Below are positions 1 through 14,790 of a stretch of 20,000 nt of DNA, one piece after another. Each line of letters opens with the position of its first letter. Position 1 is the first letter of the stretch. Both the position numbers and the translations under genes were made by a program. The DNA comes from Catajapyx aquilonaris (lineage: Eukaryota), in the NCBI GenBank assembly GCA_000934665.2, contig JYFJ02001575.1, positions 55,977 to 75,976 of the forward strand, written 5' to 3'. The notes beneath the pieces were generated by a model, which did not search any database, was not told the origin of the DNA, and was given only the letters and a program-made list of their open reading frames with translations.

Positions 1-220
1 TTCGTAAATTCGAAGAAAAAAAAAAGGAACTGCCCGCGCAAATCGCACAGCCGCTATGGATCCAAAACAGCAGCCGACAGCTAATATCCGCAGTAGCCAT
101 TAAGCAAAAGCAGCTGTGGCTACAAACGGCCCTCCCCTTTACCATTGTTGCTGATCCCAAAGAGAGTCGGCAACAATGTGATAATAATTGTTGAGGAAGA
201 AAAAAATTATTAGAACAATT

Positions 221-1748
221 ATGGAGCAAGGTGACAGGTATGCACGCTTATTCTGGTCTTATGAGCTGCATACGGTTGCGTTGAAGTATTCATTGTACGT
301 ATAGTGCGCTCCCTGCCAGTTATTATTGTTGGGGTATGTATCGACCCGTATGAAGCTCATTGCTTATTGATGGCTCGTTGCTTATTGATGGCTCAAGGCC
401 AAGGTGGGGGACATGTAGTATGTTGAATGCGATTGAGCAAAAGTCGTGGCTGCAGTCGCAGTTCGGGAGGACACCCCTTTTTAAATTGTTGCGGATGTTG
501 CTTTCTCCAGCATGCAGGATGCGGATGCTGAGGCCAATGATGTGTTGCAGTGGCTTGAGGCTAGTCTGGGAGATGACTCGGTGCTGTGCGATGACCTGAT
601 GTTGCCAAAGAGCAAGGACGTTGAGGTACAAGGTGCTAACAGAAGATCAAAATCGTTTTTTACATTAACAATTTTATTGCAGGATGATATTGTACCGTAC
701 AAGAGGCGGAGGACGTGCAATGAGGATTCGGATCCTTCTGCATTCAACGGAGATTCATGCCAGTCTGAACTGATTTTTTACGCAGCAAGCACCGGAAGCA
801 ATCGCAAGCAGAAGGACGTGCATAGGACAGATTCAAGCACTGCCAAACACAGAAACGGCCTATGCACGTCCAAGATGGTTTCCCATCCTGATAATGGGAC
901 CCAGTCGGCCTGCGATAATTACAAAAATGACAAACGTAAGAGAGGTGAAATTATTTTGCGGAGAGGTATAGTAGGGGTTAGCTAACTTGTGGGTTTAGAG
1001 AGGTGGCTTGTGTCCTTAGCCCCGCCCTGTACCGGTCAACCAATCTGTATTAGATTTCAAAGGGGATGGGCGTTATGTTATAAAACCTCAAAAATGAGAT
1101 GAGTTTGTTTGTACACTAATGCAGTTGGTAAAATATTTCCCCCACCAATCATTCTAAATTCCATACAAAAAAAACAAAACTGAGCAGGGGGCGGGACTAA
1201 TTATGGTTGCCAAGGACACAAGCCACCTCCCAAAACCCATAAGTTAGCTTACCCCTACTATAATGTAGGAATATATTTTGTTTAGCACGTTCGGCTGTTT
1301 ATGTAATTAGAGCGACAGGTGTATGTAACTAATCGTGATTTATTATACAGACATCCAGTTATGGGAGGGCAAAAACCCAGCGCAATTCTTGAACGAGGTG
1401 TCGCAGAAGAAAGGATGGAAGCCTCCAAAGTACACCGAAATCGAGAGGAGCGGACCGTCACATTCACACAGTTTTCGTTTCCAGGTAAATTCCTTCCCGC
1501 CAGCTATAATCGCAACTTGTGTCATATCAAGTATGCTTTTAACAATGCTTTTGCCTAGTAAACTCGGCTGGATATGTACAGCACAGTTTATGCTTACCTG
1601 AAAGAGTGCGTATTGTTTCATAAGGTGTTCTATCCTTCAGGTTGAATTGAACGGACAGTTGTTTGCCTCCAAGCATTTTGCGCAGACCAAAAAATTGGCC
1701 AGGCAGTACGTCGCGAACACGTGCATCAAGAAAATGAGGCTGGGATAG
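221..1748 (+). CDS. Small protein (211 aa) with a single C-terminal double-stranded RNA-binding motif (SON-like DSRM); exons 221-237, 511-625, 683-944, 1351-1484, 1641-1748
   Basis: All four introns are GT-AG and phase-compatible; the spliced CDS is 636 nt and ends TAG at 1746-1748. The last two exons encode GKNPAQFLNEVSQKKGWKPPKYTEIERSGPSHSHSFRFQ|VELNGQLFASKHFAQTKKLARQYVANTCIKKMRLG, which fits the dsRBD pattern (P..L.E, GPxH, KKxA). AATAAA at 1959-1964. Exon 1 and the start codon are the least certain parts. Confidence 0.8.
355..394. repeat. 18-bp tandem duplication in intron 1 of the dsRBD gene
   Basis: ttgcttattgatggctc occurs at 360-376 and 378-394. Confidence 0.85.
967..1262. mobile_element. 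MITE-like element with ~60-80 bp imperfect terminal inverted repeats, in intron 3 of the dsRBD gene
   Basis: Left end tatagtaggggttagctaacttgtgggtttagagaggtggcttgtgtcctt is the reverse complement of right end aaggacacaagccacctcccaaaacccataagttagcttacccctactata with a few mismatches. TA at both ends; no coding capacity. Confidence 0.8.
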
Positions 1749-2589
1749 TTTCGGGTTTAGTTTTCTGAAAGACTGGTGTTCGACGTAAGTGTATTAAAAT
1801 ACTGATCTCCCATCCCCAGTGTGAACTCATATTTTCGCAATTTGTATTTCCTTATTCTGTACATGAACTTGTAAAGGTAGTGACGTAAGTATTATGCAAG
1901 GTGTGCTGTGTAGCATGCAGCTATTTAATTTATAAATGTAGACACACTGATGGATCGTAATAAAGTGCTTTTTTTTAAACATTGTCAACATTTCCATTGT
2001 ACTCGTATTGTAGATAGAATTTTATCAATACAGGTCATGTCGTTTAAACCACTTTTTAAATCAATATCTTTGCTGCGTGTTTGTAAGTGGATTGTGAATT
2101 ATTCACTGCCAGCAGTGGGACATGACAGACGTTTCTTACACCGAACATGATTTTAGTACCATTGCGGAGTCCGTACATTTGCCGGGTTTTACTTTAGCAA
2201 GCGTACAATTAATTGCTGTTGACGGAGAAAGGCTATGGAAATTTTTCATATCTACTTTTGCCAATGCTTAGTGCACATTTTTGTAAAACTGTTGGCAAAA
2301 TTTTATGCGATCTTACGCTGCTATACATGAAATTGTTGTGTGCGCTCTGTACAGAGCATATGCGGCTACCTTACAAAGCAGTCTCAACTACGATGATGAC
2401 AAACTGTACCCTGAACGGTCATGTGTAATTTTAGCACAATTGTTCCAGCATAATTAGTGCTAAAAAATTAATTAAAACAAACTGTCAATCGCAACCTAAT
2501 AAATAGCTCAAGTTGTCAGAACCAGCACCTGTCAAACTAAGCCGCTATGCTATTCCGTATCATATTCGGTTCACAACTTCCATTTCCCC

Positions 2590-2750
2590 GGCATCTGATT
2601 GGTCAGATTACATCCGAGCCGTGATTTGATTGGTCTGATTGCACGTGTAAACGTCAATCTACCAAAAAAAAAGCGGAGTAATGGCCGCTTATTAGTTACA
2701 AAAAGAAAAAAAGAAAAAAAAAGTGTTCTAAAAAGCAATATGGCGTGTTT
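2590..2750 (+). promoter_or_regulatory. Probable Scm promoter: paired inverted CCAAT boxes, E-box, CRE half-site and YY1/PHO-like motifs
   Basis: ATTGG at 2598-2602 and 2629-2633 (31 bp apart), CACGTG 2642-2647, ACGTCA 2651-2656, AATGGCCGC 2680-2688, ATGGCG 2740-2745; 330-480 bp upstream of the Scm ATG. Motif-level evidence only. Confidence 0.55.
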
Positions 2751-3072
2751 GTGAAGTGACGCTCAAGTTCGATCCACGTTCGAATCTGGAAAATGCAGCC
2801 GTGTTCGGTCCTTCCCGGCATCTGGAAAGGTGCGGGCGGACACAGGGGCCGACCAGGGGCCGACCAGGCGGCTAGAAGTGGAAGAAGTAGGAGGAACAAG
2901 ACGAATTGGAGAGAGAGTCCACTTCGAACACACGACGACATGTAAAAAAAATATCCATCGGGTCACTCGCCAGTCTGAAAATTGGATTTAAAAAGAGAAG
3001 AACAAACAGTATAATCAAAAACAGAAGGGGTGCCGAGCTGATCGATTTGTTTGGGAGCAATTTATTCGAGCC

Positions 3073-7500
<4,428 letters not shown>

Positions 7501-10028
7501 GAGATTTAAAATTTACAAGATTTTTGTTGACGGGGGTCGGAAAAAGTAAAGTGCTAACTTTCAACTTCGGTAAAGGCTGGTTTTTCGTGTGTGAAGGGTT
7601 TCTCGCAATCCTGAAAAAAAAAAAAAAAGAAGAGTACAAAAAGGGTGTGTGCATAGCGTAAGGCTGCTAGCATCAGTTTTTGAAAGAATGGTGCTGCTGG
7701 CGGAAGTTGCGGTAGTCTACTCTCCATTTGTGGGGGAAGGAGTTGGGGGTTTGTTGTGTAACGCTTTTTGTGAAAATAGTTGTGCAGCATCGGTTATTTT
7801 GAAATCGCTTTTTGGAGGTCAGGAGAGGCCGTTTTATGCAATATCACACTTCGATACCTTGCTTTTTCAATATGCAATTACCTGCTTTAGTGCTTTATTA
7901 GTCATAAGTTGTTTCCTTGCCCGAAATGGAAGTGTAGGCCAACCGGCAAACACGGTGACGTAATATTTGTTAACATACGTAACTTTTCTGCACCAAGTAT
8001 TATTGAGAGATACTCTTCACATATTATTTTGTGAGATCATCACAGGTAGAGATGTTAGGTTCTGATAAACAAGTGGTGTTTAATTTAACCCCCCCACTGC
8101 TACAACGCTACATCACAATTTACGTGGCTTCTGTGATTTCAACCCAGTGAAAAGGACGAATTTAGTTTAATTTAAGCTTAGTGGCTAGTCTTGTGTACGT
8201 TGACACCTTTCGTTTTCCCCCAAACCCGCCCAACACCAAATCGTCAAAAAAATAAAGGTGTGATGGAAGTGGTAAAGTGGCAGATCTCAGGATATGCTTA
8301 TGATCCAATATTAACAAGGTTTAAAATTTATTGAAAAAAAACAAGACTGACGGCAGCTGTGCCCCAATTATATGGAAGTCATGAGGAGGAGACACCCGTT
8401 TTGTTGTTGATGTTTTCTTGTTCTTTTTGTTTTTAATAATTTTTCTGCCTTTGCATCCCTCTCCAAAAAATGTCCCATTCTCTGATCTAGATGTTGGGAA
8501 AATTACTGTGCATAACACAATATTGCAGATTATCTATTTTTAGACCCAACCAAAGGCTAGTTGTCTATAATATTGATCCTTCTTCGTTCCTACTGTCCAT
8601 GTATAGCGATTAGTGAATCTCGAATCAAGGTGTCAGTGTCAAAACTTATAATGGAGCGCTTTTACTTTGGATCTGATTTATTATGTCTAGTTGCATAATG
8701 TACACGGTTTACGTAGCACAGTTTTAAGTGCGTGATCAGCAGCTACCTTTAAAAAAAAAAAAAATTACCAGTGCAAATTTAATGTATGGTGTCTTGATTG
8801 TTGCAATTGTCCAGTATTGGCGTTTGCCACCCCAAAAAAATGGTAAAACTGCAGTAGTGTGCAGAGTGTGTATATGATTGTTTTGAATTATTCTTTAAAA
8901 AATCTCACCAGGTGAGAGAGAGAGAAAGAGCCAATGTGAACACCATTATGCAGAATTATGTGTTGGCAATAATAATTGAAGTACTGGTGAAAAAGTACTG
9001 TAATGCAAATACACAGAGAAAGATTTATGATCCTATAGCTGAAAAGAGTTGTAATTTTGTCGAATCCTGAAAATTTGATTTCTAGCTGTTTATTTTCACA
9101 GGTTGTGTTGATGCTTACCGTATGTCATCATCGCCTGATAGGTCCTGTGTTCACTCGGCCAATTCATGTCAGCTTGGGCATGTAGTACTACCGGGTTCAT
9201 TAACAACGGGTAGTATTTACTGAAGATACCGAGGCAACTGGCATCAAGCATACCGACAATGGGCTTCTCCAGTAAGGGAGTTGCAGCGTTATCCTATTGT
9301 TGGCACTACAACTACCCAGGAAACATTAATTTTGGGAGTATCAGACAGCCTCAGGTCGGATAAGGATCCCGATCTATCTTCATTTAGACCCAGCAGGCCT
9401 CTTTGCCACGCCGCAGCTGAGAGGTGTTATGTGAAAACCATAGAAACCCACAATGGGGGTCTTAAATTCTTGTAATGAATAGCCCAATCTATACCTGGCT
9501 CTTCCACCCCTCTTGGCACATCAAAATTAGGTAAATGTGTTTATCCTCTTGACGCAAGGTTCAAAAATTGGCAAGTTTTGGTAGCGATGACCAGTGTGTC
9601 TTTAAAAAAGTGTAAGACGTTTTGGGTTCAGAAAATGCAGAAGTATGCTTAAACTTGCTTCGAGATCAGGCCGTTTCATTAACGCATCTTCATGTCATCC
9701 TCTAGGCGGTGCTCTAGGCCGATTAGGAGCATGGCCGAGTGATGGAAGCTCACTGGAAACACATTTACATGTGAGTACTAACAGTCAATTTCCATCCCAA
9801 AATTGTTTTCCTGCCACTTTCCGGATTCAGGACTGTGTGACATACTCTCATGAAATTTGCATCATTTTTGCTAATTTTGTGTCGAGAGAAACAAGCGTCT
9901 ATTTTTCATCCACTTTTTACCTGCCAGCATATGCACAACTTGCTTGCTTGCCGTAGAACAACGTCCAGCTCCACGCAATCCAGATATCGCAGCATCAGAG
10001 CTGACTTCATTTGCAACCTGGAACCAGC

Positions 10029-10778
10029 ATGTCCAGTAAAGTTCCTGATAAAGGTGGAACGTCTGAATCCAAAAATGAGGCAGCAAAGTCCAAACGATCG
10101 ACACTGCAAGTCACCGTCGTGGCAGAGGCGTCCATGCATTACATGACCAAACAGACCAAGGTTCCGAAGGATTATCCAGAGATCCTGAAGCAATACACCA
10201 AAGCTGCCATCCGGTCCCAGCCGAAAGACCTGCTGGCCTGGTCAGCTGCGTACTTCCGGTCTCTCGCTGACGGTACGAAGCCTGCCATGAAAGATAAGTT
10301 CCAGCTACCATCCCATAGGACCGTGGCTCCCACTGGACTGACTCGAAAGCACCTGAAGCAACTTCACGCCAAGATGAAACTAAAGTTGGAAGTAGACTCG
10401 CAAGATCTGTCTGCCAAATGGGTCACATTGGGTCTGAACAAACAAGAATTGGAAACCCTGCTTAGGTACGGAGGACTGCAACAAAAGTTCCCCTGGAGAA
10501 TCTTTGTTGCGTTGGCGGCCCACATCATCACTAAGGATATGAACGAGGCAATGGTCATGGTGTGCCGGGTGATGAGCAACGAGCCTTCGGGACTCGAGCC
10601 GGTCATTCCGTTCTGCCTCTTCAGAGACACGTATATGTACCTCTGCGGCTTGGATCCCGAGGCCAACCTGGATCGTGCTGAAGGTTGCCTGGTGTACCTA
10701 GGGAAAGTGGCGACAACTAACAAATGCTCAATATCTCCGTTCGATATAGAAGACCTCTTGTGTCCCAGACTCACCTAA
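10029..10778 (+). CDS. ROPN1L: Ropporin-1-like protein (RIIa-type dimerization/docking domain, AKAP-binding sperm/flagellar family), 249 aa, intronless CDS
   Basis: VPKDYPEILKQYTKAAIRSQPKDLLAWSAAYFRSLADG matches the ropporin/ROPN1L N-terminal motif, followed by family-like GLT..LKQLH, FPW..FVALAA, AMVMVCRVMS.EP.G and IPF..F...Y.YL. First ATG at 10029; AATAAA at 10805-10810. Confidence 0.88.
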   Translation: MSSKVPDKGGTSESKNEAAKSKRSTLQVTVVAEASMHYMTKQTKVPKDYPEILKQYTKAAIRSQPKDLLAWSAAYFRSLADGTKPAMKDKFQLPSHRTVAPTGLTRKHLKQLHAKMKLKLEVDSQDLSAKWVTLGLNKQELETLLRYGGLQQKFPWRIFVALAAHIITKDMNEAMVMVCRVMSNEPSGLEPVIPFCLFRDTYMYLCGLDPEANLDRAEGCLVYLGKVATTNKCSISPFDIEDLLCPRLT

Positions 10779-11599
10779 AAATCCAGTGTGATGAGTACCA
10801 TTTTAATAAATATGTAAAGCGTATCCGAGCTTAATTAACGAGAATCGATAAACTAATGACGTCTTTATTAAAAACCGCAAAACAACGTAAGGTGCATTTT
10901 TTGACTAAACTTATGTCGCTCCAGTGTACATTTAGGATTTATCTTTTATATCTGCACTATTTTTATCTACTCTATTTTATGCTATCTTGTTGTCCATTCC
11001 GCATTAATCAACCGGTGGTAAAATTTTGTCCAATGTTGTAGCTGCAGCCATCTGCTGCCAGGCAGGAATATTTTTCTAGGGTAGTGTGGCATAATAATTT
11101 TCCTTCCCTTCCAATGTGTCCTTTTGACTGGTGGCCCTTTAGAATCACTTATCCAACATGACCTTGACAAGCAGTAGGCAGTGGACAGTTGGGGCGAGTG
11201 GACATGCAATTCTTATTGCATCTGGACTGGAAGGTTTGTATGCTGTATGGCTCAACTGTTCAGAGCACAAGGGTATCATTATTGCATTAATAGTTTATTT
11301 AGGCCATTAATGCATATGTAATTTCAGAGAGACGTGACCTTGCCTGTCTTTTTGGAGAGATGTGCCAACTGCACGACCTTGATGATATTGGGCAAGAAAA
11401 TGGCGTCGGTTGAGCAGGATTGGATTATTGCAACGATTTCAAAAACTAGTAAGTATTCCTAATTATGATGTTCTTAATGCTCTTAAGTTGCAATGGTCAT
11501 ATTGGGCATTAGCTGCTAATATTAGACCAAATTGAATTACACATTCAAGCTCTAAATTTACCCTCAACGACATTGAAGGATTACTCTTATGTGTACTAT

Positions 11600-12900
11600 A
11601 CTAATTAGTCATTACACTTTTCAGAATGATGATTGGTCTCTGGACATCACCTGCCTGATTCTGCCAAACCAACAACCACTTTGGCCTCATCCAATTCAAC
11701 TTCTGGAATCAAGCCGTGCGAGATGCCTCAGTTGCCGCATAAACACTATCCTGGCAGACCAGACGTGGACATGGTAAGCATGACACTTGTACCTTGTAGC
11801 AATGTTGGTCAGTACAATCATGGAAAAATGTCTCTTGATGCTAAATTTTATCTGATGATGCAATAATTATGGCTGCTGGGAGGTAAAGTACATTCTGTAA
11901 AAGTTATTACGACAGTCTCTGCCACACAGATGTTACATTCCAGAAATCGTTATACAACAAAAATTGTCACGTTTGTTTTCCAAGTTTGTGCTTTGAGTCT
12001 TAGAAGAGTATTGACGTCATGGCGTCATGGGCCTTTAATTGTCAGTTACGCTTCTGATGAAGTTGCCAGTCATAGTTTCCTAGTGTGATGTCAGTACTAT
12101 ATTCTAAGGCTGAATACGGGGGAGATTTCATGAATAAATGGATGCTAAGAGATGAGCAAGTATCAGTTCATTCAGTGCATATGTAACGGCATTCTGGCAT
12201 CAAAATATGACACCTTGTAAGATTTTTTGAAACTATTACATTCCTATACTGCAATACCACTGCAAAGTGCTCATGTAACTGGGCATGAATGATCCCAGTT
12301 AATGTATGCCAAGCAGATATTTGCATTATTAACAGATGTGAATAGTGGCAATATTTAATGTGCGGTGTTAAAGGCAATAAAAGTAACTGTTTAAATGAAG
12401 CTATTTGGCTGACTCATACAATATGTCTCTTCAATTCTTGAGCACTCTTAGCCCATTGGACCTAATTGGCAAATTAACTCAATACAAGTCGTAACTGGAT
12501 CCATTGGTTTTCATTCGCCATTAACTTCCTATTTGTCTTGCGTCCATTCTTTTCAGTTCATCAGAGTGAATTAAATTTGCCAATTAAGTAAAAGGAAATG
12601 TTCTTTGAGACATCTGCTGAACTAATTATTTTGAAATTGTGATTGGAAATAACTGAGACTTTCATTGTCAAGTGACGATAACATTGCAGAATTTGAAGTC
12701 CAGTAGTTCAAGACAAATTGTGGGAAGCAATTGTGGGCGGTGAATAGGCCACCTATTCACTGCCCACAAATGCTGACAAAGATGTTGATCTTGAAGACGT
12801 TCATCCAGTCTCATTATATGTGAAGGTTCTGGGTTATACGCAGGCATCAAACATGTGTTGGTGGAATTTGTAGTCTGCTAATGTCATTAAAAATTTCTAA
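11600..12900 (+). repeat. Old tandem duplication, copy 1
   Basis: Collinear blocks shared with copy 2: 11636-11714/13083-13161, ~11806-11850/~13778-13820, ~11886-11910/~14379-14402, ~12084-12150/~14557-14632, ~12667-12715/~14922-14967, ~12803-12898/~14990-15082. Confidence 0.85.
12727..12773. repeat. 47-bp hairpin, probably an internally deleted TIR element
   Basis: gcaattgtgggcggtgaatagg-cca-cctattcactgcccacaaatgc. Absent from the paralogous position in copy 2; shares tcactgcccacaa with the right end of 13405-13614. Confidence 0.75.
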
Positions 12901-13404
12901 GGCAATACATTTGATTGTGTGGCATTGCAATAGTAACTAATTCTTTTGATAACCACCATTACATGTAACTGTGCAAAAGTCACTGCATGGCAAGTGCCAC
13001 AGGACGCAATAATATGCACACTCAATGACAGTCATGTGACCTATGCTCATTACACCTTGCAGAACGATGATGCATCTGATTCGTCTCTGGACTTCACCTG
13101 CCTGATTCTGCCAAACCAACAACCACTTTGGCCTCATCCAAATCAACTCCTGGAATCAAGCGATGTGAGCTGCTGTCATCGTCAGATGCTTCAAATCTTC
13201 TGTTGCCATCTACTATCCTTGCAGAGCAGACATGGACATGGTAAGCATTATACTTGTACACCTCATGTGTTGGAAGTGCTGGAGCTTTCCATGCATTAGG
13301 CAATTTATTGGGAAGCCAGGGGATATTGGAAGCTAGTGCTTGGTCAGTGAGAACAGTAGCTTTTAGAAGGAGTAGTGATCAAAGTAATTCCAAAATTCCC
13401 TAAC

Positions 13405-13614
13405 CAGAGAGATGGGCATCACTCATTTTAAAATGGATTAATTTTTTCCAATCATTTACCATATTCTCCAGGCCTTTTTGCTTTCCATAAATATTTTCTC
13501 CCCAATCTTCCTAATTATTGGCTTCATTTCCATTCCTTACACTTCACCAAAAATAGTTTATTCGAAAATTAATTCCATCTTGAAATGAATGAAGTGTATC
13601 ACTGCCCACAACTG
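13405..13614. mobile_element. Degenerate MITE-like element with ~45-bp imperfect inverted ends
   Basis: gatgggcatcactcattttaaaatggattaatttt pairs with aaaattaattccatcttgaaatgaatgaagtgtatcactgcccacaactg. No clear TSD; lies in sequence absent from copy 1. Confidence 0.55.
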
Positions 13615-13832
13615 TTGACAGTACAGGCTTATGACCCATTTCACTTGTGCACAAAGAGAGTTGAGCATTGTCAAATTACGTACTGTAACTATAACTAACT
13701 GTACAGTGAGTTACAGCAGTTACAGTCCAGGGCATTTTCAGTCAAAGGTTAATTGCAAAGGTTAATTGCAGTGTTATTGGTCATACAATCATGGAGAAAC
13801 GTCTTTCAATGCTGAAATTTCCTTTTGCAATA

Positions 13833-14363
13833 CAGGGTGTTTCAGAGTCATGGGTCAAGCACACGCGAGGGGGTGGGGAAAATTTGCAGTTGGGGACAAC
13901 CCCAGTTGGTTTTATAAAACAATTAGAAATAAGGCAGTAATCTATTTATTTATTACTGCCGTATGGCATGACGTCACATCCTTTCTGTTCCAATTGACTG
14001 GCGCAGACTGGCTAGTGCAGCATGGGTTGAGCGGCTTTTTAGCCTTGCGCTTAACAAGGCGCTCTCCTGCTATACTGGCAAGGTACTGTACACACCACTG
14101 TACAGTACCCTACCTGTGTAGCATGAGAGTGCCTTTTACAGTGCAACCCACAAGGCTAAAAAGCCGCTCAACCCATGCTGCACTAGCCAGTCCGCGCCAG
14201 TCAATTCGGACGGGGTGACGTCACGTCACCCCGTACGGCCATAATAAATAAATTGTTTACTGCCTTATTTCTAATTGTTTTATAAATCCGACCGGGGTTG
14301 TCGCCACCTGCAATTTTCCCCACCCCCTCGTGCGTGCTTGACCTGTGACTCTGAAACACCCTG
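13833..14363. mobile_element. 531-bp foldback MITE, Tc1/mariner-type (CAGGGTG termini, TA target-site duplication)
   Basis: TA|CAGGGTGTTTCAGAGTCA ... TGACTCTGAAACACCCTG|TA. The arms pair along nearly the whole length (~260 bp each) around a small loop near 14093-14098. The paralogous empty site tgcaaTAattatggc is at 11859-11873. Confidence 0.92.
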
Positions 14364-14695
14364 TATATTGTAGGCTTGGAAGTACATTCTTTAAAAGTTG
14401 TTATTCCAATTTGTGCCAAAATGATGTAATTTTCCAGCGACAAAAATATTCTACCAGTTTATTTTGAAAGCTTGTGTTGATTTCGTCACAAGCCTTTAAT
14501 TGCTTGTTGCAGTGATGATGATGCCAGTTGTACGGTACCTTGTTAATGGTTTCCCAGTGTGATGTCAGTACTACTGTATTCTAAGGCTGAATACATTATT
14601 CTGGAGAGATTTCAGGAATTTGTGATGCTAAGACAGGAGCTAATATCACATGTAGTACCATCAATATGCAGTTTGTATACAATCAAGTTTATGTA

Positions 14696-14790
14696 CAGGG
14701 TGTTTCTGACTAGTATGGCCAACGGCAGTCAGCGTACTCCTGGAGCCAAAACAATTTGCAAATTAATTCAATAGAAGTCATGCCTAGATC
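14696..14790 (+). mobile_element. Single truncated end of a second CAGGGTG-type element
   Basis: TA|CAGGGTGTTTC at 14694-14706 is identical to the terminus at 13831-13843 but the sequence then diverges. No matching right end seen; right boundary is approximate. Confidence 0.5.

Noticed and set aside
8912..9540. Possible extra exons between Scm and ROPN1L (donor 8912, acceptor 9101, donor 9531)
   Set aside because: Splice-like motifs only, with no sustained ORF; they could be UTR exons but cannot be supported without transcripts.
13766..14443. Similar ORFs on opposite strands (GDNP..YKTIRNKAV)
   Set aside because: They are the two arms of the palindromic MITE translated; no transposase motifs.
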